DNA from: Ptychomitrium polyphyllum
Lineage: Eukaryota
Length of the DNA: 64,000 bases
Assembly: GCA_973851085.1 (NCBI GenBank)
Contig: OZ316775.1
Coordinates: forward strand, 4,712,001-4,776,000
Reading direction: 5' to 3'
Shown here: piece by piece, positions 13,381 through 24,850 of the stretch
Numbering within the stretch: the first letter of the stretch is position 1
Layout of the letters: each line of letters opens with the position of its first letter
The notes under the pieces: generated by a model
Database searches by the model: none
Told to the model about the DNA's origin: nothing
What the model saw: only the letters and a program-made list of their open reading frames with translations
Position numbers and translations under genes: made by a program

Positions 13381-16212
13381 GGGGAGTCAACTACAATAGT
13401 TGTGGAATTGGTAATTATAAGGTATCCTAAAACTAGATAAATCCTTACTGGATCAAGAAAAATCACTATACATAAGTTTATAATTTATACTACCAAATGG
13501 AAAAGACATAGTAGTATTTAAGAGTATCTATCAACTACTATAGAGCTTACTATGGTAGACAATCTTATATATATACATAAACCCAAAGACAAAATTGTTA
13601 AGGAGCAATAATGGAATGTATAACTTGTTTCATTGGAAGAAAACAAAATACAACACACCCTCAACTCTCTTGGTTGAGAGTTTAAGTACTAGATCCAAGA
13701 TCCTACAAAAGTTAATCTACATCTGCTTTTCCGAACTAACAGATTACAGTTTATCATTTGATTGTTGTCATTGGTGGATGTCTGGTACTATCAATAGAAA
13801 ACAATTGTTAGAGAAAGTCCGGTAGTACCGGGTATAATACATGATAGCCCGGTAATAATACCCAAGAGAGGTTTTTCTTATTGGATGCAAGAATTGCCTA
13901 ACAAGTACATGGGGCCAAATCAGTGGCTGTGGGAGTTTCAAAAGTAGTTTGATCAACTTCAATTATCACAGAAGCGTTCTTCTGAACTGAAAAAGTCAGA
14001 GCTAATCCTATAAGCTGCAGAAGAAAAAATAAAACAAACCTCTTCTCCATCTTCAAGATGGAATAGCACAAGGTGCTTTTACCAAAATTGGAACCAATTG
14101 GCGATGGAACTAAACCTTAATGCTAAGCAGCAATGTAGTCATACGAGCAATGTAGTCATATGAGAGAAAGTCGCCTCAAGAAAGCGCTGGACTTTTAGCT
14201 GCTACTAATTTGCTTAAATAAGTTTTAAATTTTACAAAACACAAGTTTTGTACATTGCTTGTCCTTATGAGGACAAATAAATCAAACATACAAGTCTATG
14301 ATGCTCAAACGTATTTAAATTGTGTTCAAACATCTAATAATCTTTTACTCTCTTTTAATGAATTTTTCTAGATTTACAAAATCCAAAATCTCTTTATTTG
14401 ACTATGAAAATACACCAAAACTTGTTTATATGTTAATTCCTATCTTCAACTACCTGCACAAAAAAATTCAACCGTAGATTCATTACAAATCTTTAGATAT
14501 TGTTTGATTTACAATAGGTGAAAAATATGTCAATGTATAACTACCCACGCACTATATCCATCATATCTCAATAACCCAATATTTAAATGCCATAAAATTT
14601 TATATATAGCTTTTTGACATTGTCATCTATACTTTCAAGAATTTTGAGCTAAAAATTCGTCCAAAAATTCAAGATATAGACCAAACAAAAACCTTCATAA
14701 AAAGAACTCACTTACAAACTCCAGTCTAAAGCACTGGCTTCCAATAGCCTTTTTTCATTCATTTCAAACCAGAATTGATCAATTCCTCCATGCCAAATAA
14801 AGCTCTTGAAGTTAGCTCTTAGACCTCATTTTCTGATCTCCAAAAGCTCTTGTGAAACTCTTTTTATTCACAAATAAGTGACAATAGGTACAAATTTATG
14901 ACCTTGACTTCAAACGCTCATTTCACCTTCATAACTACTCCAAACCTCTTAATTTTTGTACAAAATTTGTAGCCCTTCACACATTCTATCAAATCCCAAC
15001 CTTGCCAACTCGCAAAATCCTCCTTGAAGTAGTCTCAAACCCTGATAAGGTCTCGGGTAGCATCTTGGAGCTCATTGGGCATGATTTTCAACCAATGTAC
15101 AAGAAGTCTGCCACCCACTTGCCTTATCCAACCACATAGGACGGCCAAGGAGTCAAAGAAATCATACCTTTGATGCAAAAGCTCCTTCTAAACTCCTTTA
15201 TAACATATTTTACAACTTCTATCCTTAATAACAAAACTTAAACAAGTTTAACAAGGCTTCTATAAACCAATAACACTCTAAATGTAATTCTATAAAACTA
15301 AGGTCATTACCAATTTACTATTAAGATAATAACCATCATTTTTACACTATAAATAAATTACAACACGATATCAGGCAGAGATAAAATACTTAGGCTTTCA
15401 AAATCAATCGCCAAGCCGCAGAAGCTTAGCTAGTGAAGTGCTTCAAGTGCCATAGCACCGGTTCAGGTTTGAATCCATTGAATCTGTTTGAGCAGCACAA
15501 TGGCCATGTCGCTTAGCAATGCTGGTAAAATTAGGCAGAAAACTACCAACTGGCGCCACCTACCATCCTTGAGCATATGACAAGATGTAGTGACTCTCAA
15601 GATCCATGGTTATCACCACAACCTTTTCTCTCACCACTTTATTTCTTTTTATCTTTTTATTTTCTTATCTCATTTTCTATTTCTTTATTGTAAAGTAAAT
15701 CTTCATAATAATTCATATGATTTTTACATATTGTCCCACTACTCCACACAACATTGGTACTACTAAACTTTTTCTATCGATCTCCTCCTATCGGTACTAT
15801 CGGGCATCCTTCAACAGTAACAATCAGCTGATAAGAAATAATTTGTTAGTTTAGACAAACATATGTAGATCCACTTTTGTAGGATCTTGAATCTAATACT
15901 CAAACCTTCAACCAAGAGAGTTGAAGGTGTGTTGTATTTTGTTTTTTTTGATGAAACAAATAATCCGCTCCATTCTTTTTCCTTATCAATTTTGTCTTTG
16001 CGTGTATGTTTATATGCAAGTTTGTTTATCTTAGCAAATTCTATAATAGTTTATAAATACTCTTTAATACTACTAAATCTTTTTCGTTTGGTAGTATACA
16101 TTATAAACTCATATATAGTGATCTTCTCTAATCTATATGCTCCAGTAGGTAATTACCTAGTCTTAGAATACTTTGTAGTTACCAATCCCAGTACGGGTGT
16201 AGCTGACTTTCA
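13381..16212. mobile_element. Element bounded by long (~450 bp) diverged terminal inverted repeats; probable non-autonomous Mutator/Foldback-like transposon
   Basis: 13381-~13830 aligns colinearly with the reverse complement of ~15755-16212, e.g. AACAAAATACAACACACC-TCAACTCTCTTGGTTGA and CAAGATCCTACAAAAG. No transposase ORF and no clear TSD, so the class is inferred. Confidence 0.65.
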
Positions 16213-16293
16213 TTAAATAAAGATTTGTATTGCGAAGCTATTAAATTACTGTTGACTTGGTAGTTACTGAGCTTAACCGTTACATAACTTAAC

Positions 16294-16490
16294 AGGAGCC
16301 ATACGCTATCTCCAACCTTGAACTTTGGATGGTCATTCCAATAAGAATCTACATAAATTTTGTAACAATCTTGAGCTTGTTATAACTGGAAAGCAAGTTA
16401 TTAGTGGATTTTAGCAACTTGAAATGCAAAATGATTTGCTGCAAGACTTCTAATATGCTTGATTTAAAAATAATCCGCTCAAATTTTATG
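16294..16490 (-). mobile_element. Decayed integrase fragment of the same chromovirus family
   Basis: AGGAGCCATACGCTATCTCCAACCTTGAACTTTGGATGGTC matches ~18147-18187; similarity decays onward. Confidence 0.75.
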
Positions 16491-16501
16491 GCAATAGTTT
16501 G

Positions 16502-19500
16502 TATAAGGGACAGAAGAAACAAGAAGCAAAAATAAAGTGTTTCCAAAGAATTAGCTTCTAAAGAGCTAATGATTAACAAGAACTTGATACAAAGACTAGA
16601 ACAAGGTAGGATTCAAGATGATCCACAACTTGTGTTGGCAAGACTAAAGAATACCTTGTCTTGCCTCCTATTTATACCATGACGCTTGTATCTCGTAGGA
16701 TACTTCTAAAGAGCTTTTTACAAGGCTTAAGAATGTTTTGGAAGTCTAAAGAACCTTCCCAAGAAGTTTCCTAAGATATTGGAACCTTCCTAAGAGTCTT
16801 CCAAGGAGTCGGAACCTTCCTTGGAAATTTCCTATGATGATGGAACCTTCCTAGGAAGTTTCCTAAGGTGATGGAAGCTTCCTAGAAAATTTCCTAGGAA
16901 GTAATCTAAGATGATAGAACCTTCTTAGGAAGTTTCCTAAGGTGGAGGAACTTTCCTAGGAAGCTTCCTAAAAACATAAAAAAGGCTATGGAGACATCTA
17001 AAAATATTCTAAGAAACTATTATAGTGTACTAAAAGGTTCTAGAATGTTCTAAGGACTATGTTGCATGATTTATGTCCGTGACATCACCTCCCCTTTTAG
17101 CGACGAGTCCCATGAGGAGTTGTTTTCTTGGCTTGCTTGTCACATTTCTATAAATTCCAAAATTTGTCGAAGGAGTGAAGCAACATACTCTGCTTGTTGT
17201 TCTCTGTTCACTGGCTCAATTGGTCCTTGCAAAAAACGCCGATGGCCACCAGCCAAGACTTCTGTTGTTGAAATGTCCCATCCCAAGATCTGATCTTGAT
17301 TAAGTCCTTCGAAACATCCTCCAAACAAGAATTCGGGTCCTCCAGGGGTGACTCTTCCAATTTCTAACAAGATGACTAGAGCGCGAGCATCTGAATCAAG
17401 ATTGGAATGTGAAGGCGACTAGTCAATACTTCTGCACGAGGTCGTACTCGACGTTGGGATGTCCCTCTCATATCTTGACTTAGATCCTCCGTTACCGAGG
17501 GCTGAGAAAGTTGAGTTGGCTCAACAGATGCTGTTGTTGATGAAGGCATGGCCGACTGCTCTTCACGCATATCCATGATAACACGAAGATTTGACATACT
17601 GGCTAGGATCTAGAAATGATCTATCTTGGAAATAATGCTGCATACAATTGGAGGTCTGGATATCTCTCTTCCCTTCTTATACTTGTCTACGAAGGAAAAA
17701 CTTCTCTGTGAAGCTAACGGCTGCTGATGACACATCATCACTGACCTGGTTTCTGAGGATATCTTTGATGAAATTCGTGTACCTTCTCGGATGCGTTTGT
17801 TACATTTGTTGAAGGTTCCCATGTTCGGTCATTGATGCCATATCCTTGCCAATGTATAAGGTACTCTACACGTCCGTTCTTGATGCGTGAATCTAAGATC
17901 TCTTCCACTTCATATTCAATTTCATTATTGATTTCTATCGGAGGAGGCGGAAGGACAATTCTCTCTGGTATACATGATTTGTTATAGGTTTCCAACAACA
18001 ATACGTGGAATACTGGATGAATTTGCATGCTTGGTGGTAGCTTTAGGCGATAACTAACCGGATTTATTTATTTGTTGATTTCAAACGGTCCCAACCTTTG
18101 ATAGTCCAACTTCTTTTATGGTCTTTTTGTTTGTATATTTTGTCGTAGGAGCCATACGCTATCTCCAACCTTGAACTTTGGATGGTCCTTTCAAAAGCAA
18201 TCTGCATAAGTTTTGTAACAATCTTGAGCTTGTTGTAATTGGAAGGTAATTTCTTGATGGATTTTAGTAAGTTGAATTGCAAAATCCTCTGCTGTAGGGC
18301 TTCCAACATGCTTCACTTGAAATGGATCTGTTTGAGGATGATGCCCATAGTTTGCAAAGAATGGACTTTAAGTTATTAAAGAACGCACCGTATTGTTGTA
18401 AGCAAGTACTGCCAAAGGCAAGAGATCCATCCAGTTGTCTTGCTGGTAGTTTATGCTACAACGAAGGTACTGTTCCAAAATTTGATTTACACGTTCGGTT
18501 TGGCCATCAGTTTGCGGATGGTGTGCTGAAGAAAGATTGATCTTTATACGCAACAGCTGGAATAGAGGCTTCCAAAAGTTGGAAATGAACTGCGGCCCGC
18601 AATCAGATACAATATCATCTGGTAGTCCATGTATGCGGTAGACGTGATTTAGGAACAACTTGGCAGTTTCTTCTCCCGTTACCGTCTTGTTGCATGGAAT
18701 GAAATGTGCCATTTTGGTAAATTGATCTACCACTACCAAAATAGAATCTTTAGATTCGGAATTTGGAAGGTCCATGATAAAATCCATTGATAAAGACAAC
18801 CATGGACCCTTTGGCATTGGAAGCGGATGGAGGAGACCATGAGGTTGGTGTCTTGGTACGTTGGCTCTTGCACAAGTGTCGCATGATTGAACAAAGTCCT
18901 TTACGTACTTCCACATTTGTGGCCACCAATAGTCTCTAGCAATCAACTCCATTGTTTTATTGAATCCAAAATGTCATGCTGTTGGAAAATCATGACGTGC
19001 TTGAAGGATCTTCAACCGCAAAGGGCCTGGAGGTAGGTACAAAAGTCCTTTATAATAAAGTAGGCCCTCTTGGAATTCAAAATCCTCATTGCTATTTGAA
19101 GGATTTTCATTGTCTTTGAGGCGCTTCTTTATATTTGAAACAAAGACGTCATTCTTTAAAGCCTTCCAAATTTTGTCAAAATGGGATGTTGTCGTAATAA
19201 TGGCTGCTTTCAATTGAAGATTCTCTGGCTTCAATAAAATAGTCCTTTGTTGATTCAAAACATCATCTCCAGGTTGAGAAGCTAAATAAGATCTTCGAGA
19301 TAAGGCATCTGGCTTACATTGCAAGCTACCAGATCGATAGGTAATGACAAAGTCAAATCTGGAAAGCGACATAATCCACCTTGCTTGACGGCAATTCAAA
19401 ACGCGCGCACTCATGAAATACTTCAAGTTCTTGTGATCTGTATATATTGTGATGGTATGTTGAGCTCCTTCCAATAAGTGTCGCCATTCTTCAAACGCAT

Positions 19501-22500
19501 CCACAATTGCAAGTAGTTCTTTATCATGTATATCATAGTTGATCTCTACCGCTAAGAACTTCCTTGAACAAAAGGCAAGAGGGTGAAGTCTCTTGTCTTC
19601 ATCATATTGTAAGATTTGGATGAATAAGAATTGGAGCTGATGTGAATGACTTCTTAAGACTTTGAAATGTTTTTTCCACTTCTTCATCCCAAATGAATTT
19701 TTCTTCCCCGTAAGATGTGTTAATGGTGCCGCAATCTTGGAATAATTCTTGATGAATATCCTGTAGAAATTTACAAATCCCAAGAAACACTGAACATCTC
19801 GTATTGATCTTGGCATACTCCACTCCATGACAGTGCTTATTTTTTTCTTATCCATATGGATTCCTCCTTTGAAAATGATGTAGCCTAAAAATTCAATCGA
19901 GGATTCATGGAAAAGGCACTTCTCCAATTTGGCATATAATTCTTACTGGCGTGATTTTTTTAAGACCAATTGCACATGACATTCGTGGTCTTGTTCATCC
20001 TTTGAATATATCAAAATATCATCTAAGTAGATGATTATAAAATCATCCAGATATTCATGGAAGATATCATTCATCATATGTTGAAAGACTGCGGAAGCAT
20101 TAGTAAAGCCAAAAGGCATGACATTGTATTCAAAATGACCATACCTAGATCGAAAAGCTGTCTTCCATTTGTCTCCTTCTTTGATGCATACAAGATTGTA
20201 GGCTCCTCTAAGATCAATTTTGGTGAACATCTTTGTTTGGCCAAGTTGTTGTAGGAGTCCTGGGATTGATGGTAATGGATAGCGATTCTTTTTTGTTACC
20301 TTATTGAGGCCTCGATAGTCCACGCACATACGTAATGATCCATCTTTCTTCTTTACAAATAGAATGGGTGCTCCAACAGGTGATTTAGAGTGTTAAATGA
20401 AACCCTTTCCAAGGTTTTCCTCAATATATTCTTTCAAGGCAGCCAACTCAATTTGTGATAAGTTATAAATAGGTCCAAAAGGTGGTTGGGCTCCTTCTTG
20501 CAACTCAATGGTACAATTGTAAGGCCGATGCTTTGGTAACATGTCCGCATTCTTCTTCTCAGAAACGTCTTTATAATCTTGATATTGACGAAGTATATTT
20601 TGATTAGTCTTTATTGTAGTGCTAGACATTGGCGTGGCATATATGTCATAGATTGGTTCATCCTTCGCTGCTCTCATAAATGCCTTAGCTCCAATAAATG
20701 ATGGTCCAAGATTTCTCGTACTTTGGCGTCTTTTCCACGAGACCACACTCCGTGAGCGCCAGTCAATGTCTGGATTATGTAATTCAAACCAAGGAAGGCC
20801 CAAAACAATAGGATTCGTTTGGCATTGAATGATGTTGAAGACAATCTTAGATGCCTGGTCTCCTAAAACAACCTCCAAAGGTTGAGTTTCTTCAATAACA
20901 TTGCCAGATGCAAGAGATTGTCCATCAATAACTTCAACATGTGCGGGGTATTTTTTCTTCACAAGCACCATATGATGTTTGGTTGCAAAGCCCTTGTCCA
21001 TAAAACATGCCGTTGCACCAGTGTCTAAGAGAACTTCACTAATTATTTCATCATCTAAAAATTTTATTTTGATAGGAAATGTAAAACAAGAGGTAGGGCT
21101 TGAAGGTAGTATGAGACTTTGATTTGATGGTGGTTTCCTTGTGGTGTCCAGTTGCATGGTTCCTACTGTGACTGGACAGCCTTCTTTTCCAACTCCACCA
21201 TTGTGCTTTGAGCCTTAAAGGCAAATCCTTTGATTTGGCAATCGCACACTTTATGTCTAGACTTGCCACAATACAAACATAGGTTTTCTCTTTGATGCCT
21301 TTCTTTTTCTTCTGGAGTCAAACGTCTGAACTGGGCAGCATCAATTTGCATAGGTTCTGGTCCTTACGGTCGATTATCCAATATTCTTAAAGAAGTGGTA
21401 GCCATGCTTTGATGTATTGGTCGTCATCCCAAGCGTTGTTCTTGGCGCCTCTCAAACAGTCTGTTGTCACATGCTATTGCTTGAGTGATGAATTCGTCCA
21501 ATGTTTCAACTCTTTGCATTGTGAGTAGCAAGTCCTTTACATTCTCTCTTAAGCCCCATCGGAATTGTGTGACCAAGGCTTTATCATTCCAATAAAGGTC
21601 GCAAGCTAATTGTCAAAAATCTGCAGCATATGTAGGAGCTGATCGCTGTCCTTGTTGGAGACTTTGGATCCTTGTCTCAGCCAGCCTTTCTCGGTCGGTG
21701 TCTCCAAAAGTAAATGTCAATGCTTGTGAAAAAGCATCTTAGTTGTTTAATAAGGGTGACTGCTTGTCCATTAGGGGTGCAAACCATAATAGTGCATTGT
21801 TTGATAAAAGAGTGGCCACGAATCCCACTTGAGTTGTGCCATCAAGATAGCGAGATTGATGCAAACTAAAGAAGAGCCTTATTTGTTGAACAAAGCCTCT
21901 CAATTTTGATCTTGATCCATCAAACTTGTCTGGCATGCTAATCTTTGGCTCTCCATGGGTTCGATGTGAGCCTTTCCTTCCAATATTGGCCTCTCGCAAT
22001 CAAACAACTTCTTGATATAGGCTTTGAATATCACCATTGGATTCTTCAGCTTGCCGAGTATGTTGCTCCAAATTGTTGGTGGTATTTAAACGGGCAAGTT
22101 CCGTTTGAACTGTGTTCAATAACTCTTGAAAGTCTGCAATAGTTGCAAATCTATTCTCTGATGTTCCAGGCACGTTATCCATTTCTTAAGACTCTCAAAG
22201 ACAAAAAGACTATGAGTACCTTCAAAGGAAGAAAATCCATGTCCTTTGAAAGAAGTAATACTTGATTCTAGAAGGAGAAACTAACTCTATGGTGCTTAGA
22301 GGAGAGTAATCTGCAACCTCTACGACGCTATGGAATCCTAAAGAAGATGGATAATCCACAATCTTCTTCAAAGAACTTTAGCTCTGACAAAGATGAAAAA
22401 TAGTCTTGCAAAACTGTAAGGGACACAAGATACAAGCAGAAACGAATTGTTTCCAAAGAATTAGCTTCCAAAGAGCTAATGATTAACAAGAACTTGATAC

Positions 22501-23073
22501 AAAGACTAGAACAAGGCAGGATTAAGGATGATTCACAACTAAGGAATACCTTGTCATGCCTCCTATTTATACTATGACGGTTGTATTTTCTAGGATAGTT
22601 CTAAAGAAGCTTCCTACAAGGCTTAAGAATGTTTTGGAAGTCTAAAAAACCTTCCCAAAAAGTTTCCTAAGATATTGAAACCTTCCTAAGAGTCTTCAAA
22701 GGAGTTGAAACTTTCCTTGGAAGTTTCTTAAGGTAGCGGAACCTTCATAGGAAATTTCCTAAAGAAGTAGACCGTTCCTACGGAGTTTTCCTAAGATAAT
22801 AGAACCTTCCTAAAAAGTTTCTTAAGATGATGGAACCTTCCTACAAAGCTTCCTAAGATGATGGAACATTCTTAGGAAGTTTCCTAGAAAGTTACTTAAG
22901 ATCATAGAACCTTACTAGGAAGTTTACTAAGGTGGAAGAACTTTATTAGGAAGCTTCATAAGAACATAGAAAGACTATGGAGAAATTGAAAAGTATTCTA
23001 AGAAGCTATTATAGTATACTCGAAGCATCTAGAATGTTCTAAGGACTATACTGCAGAATCTATGTCTGTGACA
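16502..23073 (-). mobile_element. Full-length but inactivated Ty3/Gypsy chromovirus (Tf1/Tcn1 type): 5' LTR 23073-22415, gag, PR-RT-RH-IN-chromodomain, extra 3' ORF, PPT, 3' LTR 17084-16502
   Basis: Gag with CCHC (CLYCGKSRHKVCDC), protease LLDTGAT, RT YLDDILI, RNase H NYDIHDKELLAI..TDHKNL, integrase SMDFI..SDCGPQF..DGQTERVN, chromodomain [39 protein letters not shown] at 17098-17085. Multiple stops and frameshifts; no matching TSD. Confidence 0.95.
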
Positions 23074-23193
23074 TACTCAAGAGTACTGACAAATAGCTTG
23101 CGACCTTTATTGGAATGATAAAGCCTTGGTCACACAATTCCGATGGGGCTTAAGAGAGAATGTAAAGGACTTGCTACTCACAATGCAAAGAGT

Positions 23194-23293
23194 NNNNNNN
23201 NNNNNNNNNNNNNNNNNNNNNNNNNNNNNNNNNNNNNNNNNNNNNNNNNNNNNNNNNNNNNNNNNNNNNNNNNNNNNNNNNNNNNNNNNNNNN
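23194..23293. other. Assembly gap (100 N)
   Basis: Run of N bases. Confidence 1.
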
Positions 23294-24850
23294 AGCTGAT
23301 CGCTGTCCTTGTTGGAGACTTTGGATCCTTGTCTCAGCCAGCCTTTCTCGTGTCGGTGTCTCCAAAGTAAATGTCAATGCTTGTGAAAAAGCATCTTAGT
23401 TGTTTAATAAGGGTGACTGCTTGTCCATTAGGGGTGCAAACCATAATAGTGCATTGTTTGATAAAAGAGTGGCCACGAATCCCACTTGAGTTGTGCCATC
23501 AAGATAGCGAGATTGATGCAAACTAAAGAAGAGCCTTATTTGTTGAACAAAGCCTCTCAATTTTGATCTTGATCCATCAAACTTGTCTGGCATGCTAATC
23601 TTTGGCTCTCCATGGGTTCGATGTGAGCCTTTCCTTCCAATATTGGCCTCTCGCAATCAAACAACTTCTTGATATAGGCTTTGAATATCACCATTGGATT
23701 CTTCAGCTTGCCGAGTATGTTGCTCCAAATTGTTGGTGGTATTTAAACGGGCAAGTTCCGTTTGAACTGTGTTCAATAACTCTTGAAAGTCTGCAATAGT
23801 TGCAAATCTATTCTCTGATGTTCCAGGCACGTTATCCATTTCTTAAGACTCTCAAAGACAAAAAGACTATGAGTACCTTCAAAGGAAGAAAATCCATGTC
23901 CTTTGAAAGAAGTAATACTTGATTCTAGAAGGAGAAACTAACTCTATGGTGCTTAGAGGAGAGTAATCTGCAACCTCTACGACGCTATGGAATCCTAAAG
24001 AAGATGGATAATCCACAATCTTCTTCAAAGAACTTTAGCTCTGACAAAGATGAAAAATAGTCTTGCAAAACTGTAAGGGACACAAGATACAAGCAGAAAC
24101 GAATTGTTTCCAAAGAATTAGCTTCCAAAGAGCTAATGATTAACAAGAACTTGATACAAAGACTAGAACAAGGCAGGATTAAGGATGATTCACAACTAAG
24201 GAATACCTTGTCATGCCTCCTATTTATACTATGACGGTTGTATTTTCTAGGATAGTTCTAAAGAAGCTTCCTACAAGGCTTAAGAATGTTTTGGAAGTCT
24301 AAAAAACCTTCCCAAAAAGTTTCCTAAGATATTGAAACCTTCCTAAGAGTCTTCAAAGGAGTTGAAACTTTCCTTGGAAGTTTCTTAAGGTAGCGGAACC
24401 TTCATAGGAAATTTCCTAAAGAAGTAGACCGTTCCTACGGAGTTTTCCTAAGATAATAGAACCTTCCTAAAAAGTTTCTTAAGATGATGGAACCTTCCTA
24501 CAAAGCTTCCTAAGATGATGGAACATTCTTAGGAAGTTTCCTAGAAAGTTACTTAAGATCATAGAACCTTACTAGGAAGTTTACTAAGGTGGAAGAACTT
24601 TATTAGGAAGCTTCATAAGAACATAGAAAGACTATGGAGAAATTGAAAAGTATTCTAAGAAGCTATTATAGTATACTCGAAGCATCTAGAATGTTCTAAG
24701 GACTATACTGCAGAATCTATGTCTGTGACATACTCAAGAGTACTGACAAATAGCTTGCGACCTTTATTGGAATGATAAAGCCTTGGTCACACAATTCCGA
24801 TGGGGCTTAAGAGAGAATGTAAAGGACTTGCTACTCACAATGCAAAGAGT
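23294..24850. repeat. Direct duplicate of 21637-23193 across the gap (gag 5' part, LTR 24072-24730, junction); probably unmerged contig overlap
   Basis: Constant 1657 bp offset (ORFs 21739/23396, 22000/23657); the only differences I saw are single-base indels near the contig start (~23350-23366). Confidence 0.9.

Noticed and set aside
16720..16980. Regularly spaced palindromic repeats resembling a CRISPR array
   Set aside because: Degenerate tandem units inside LTRs, no unique spacers, no cas genes, eukaryotic context.
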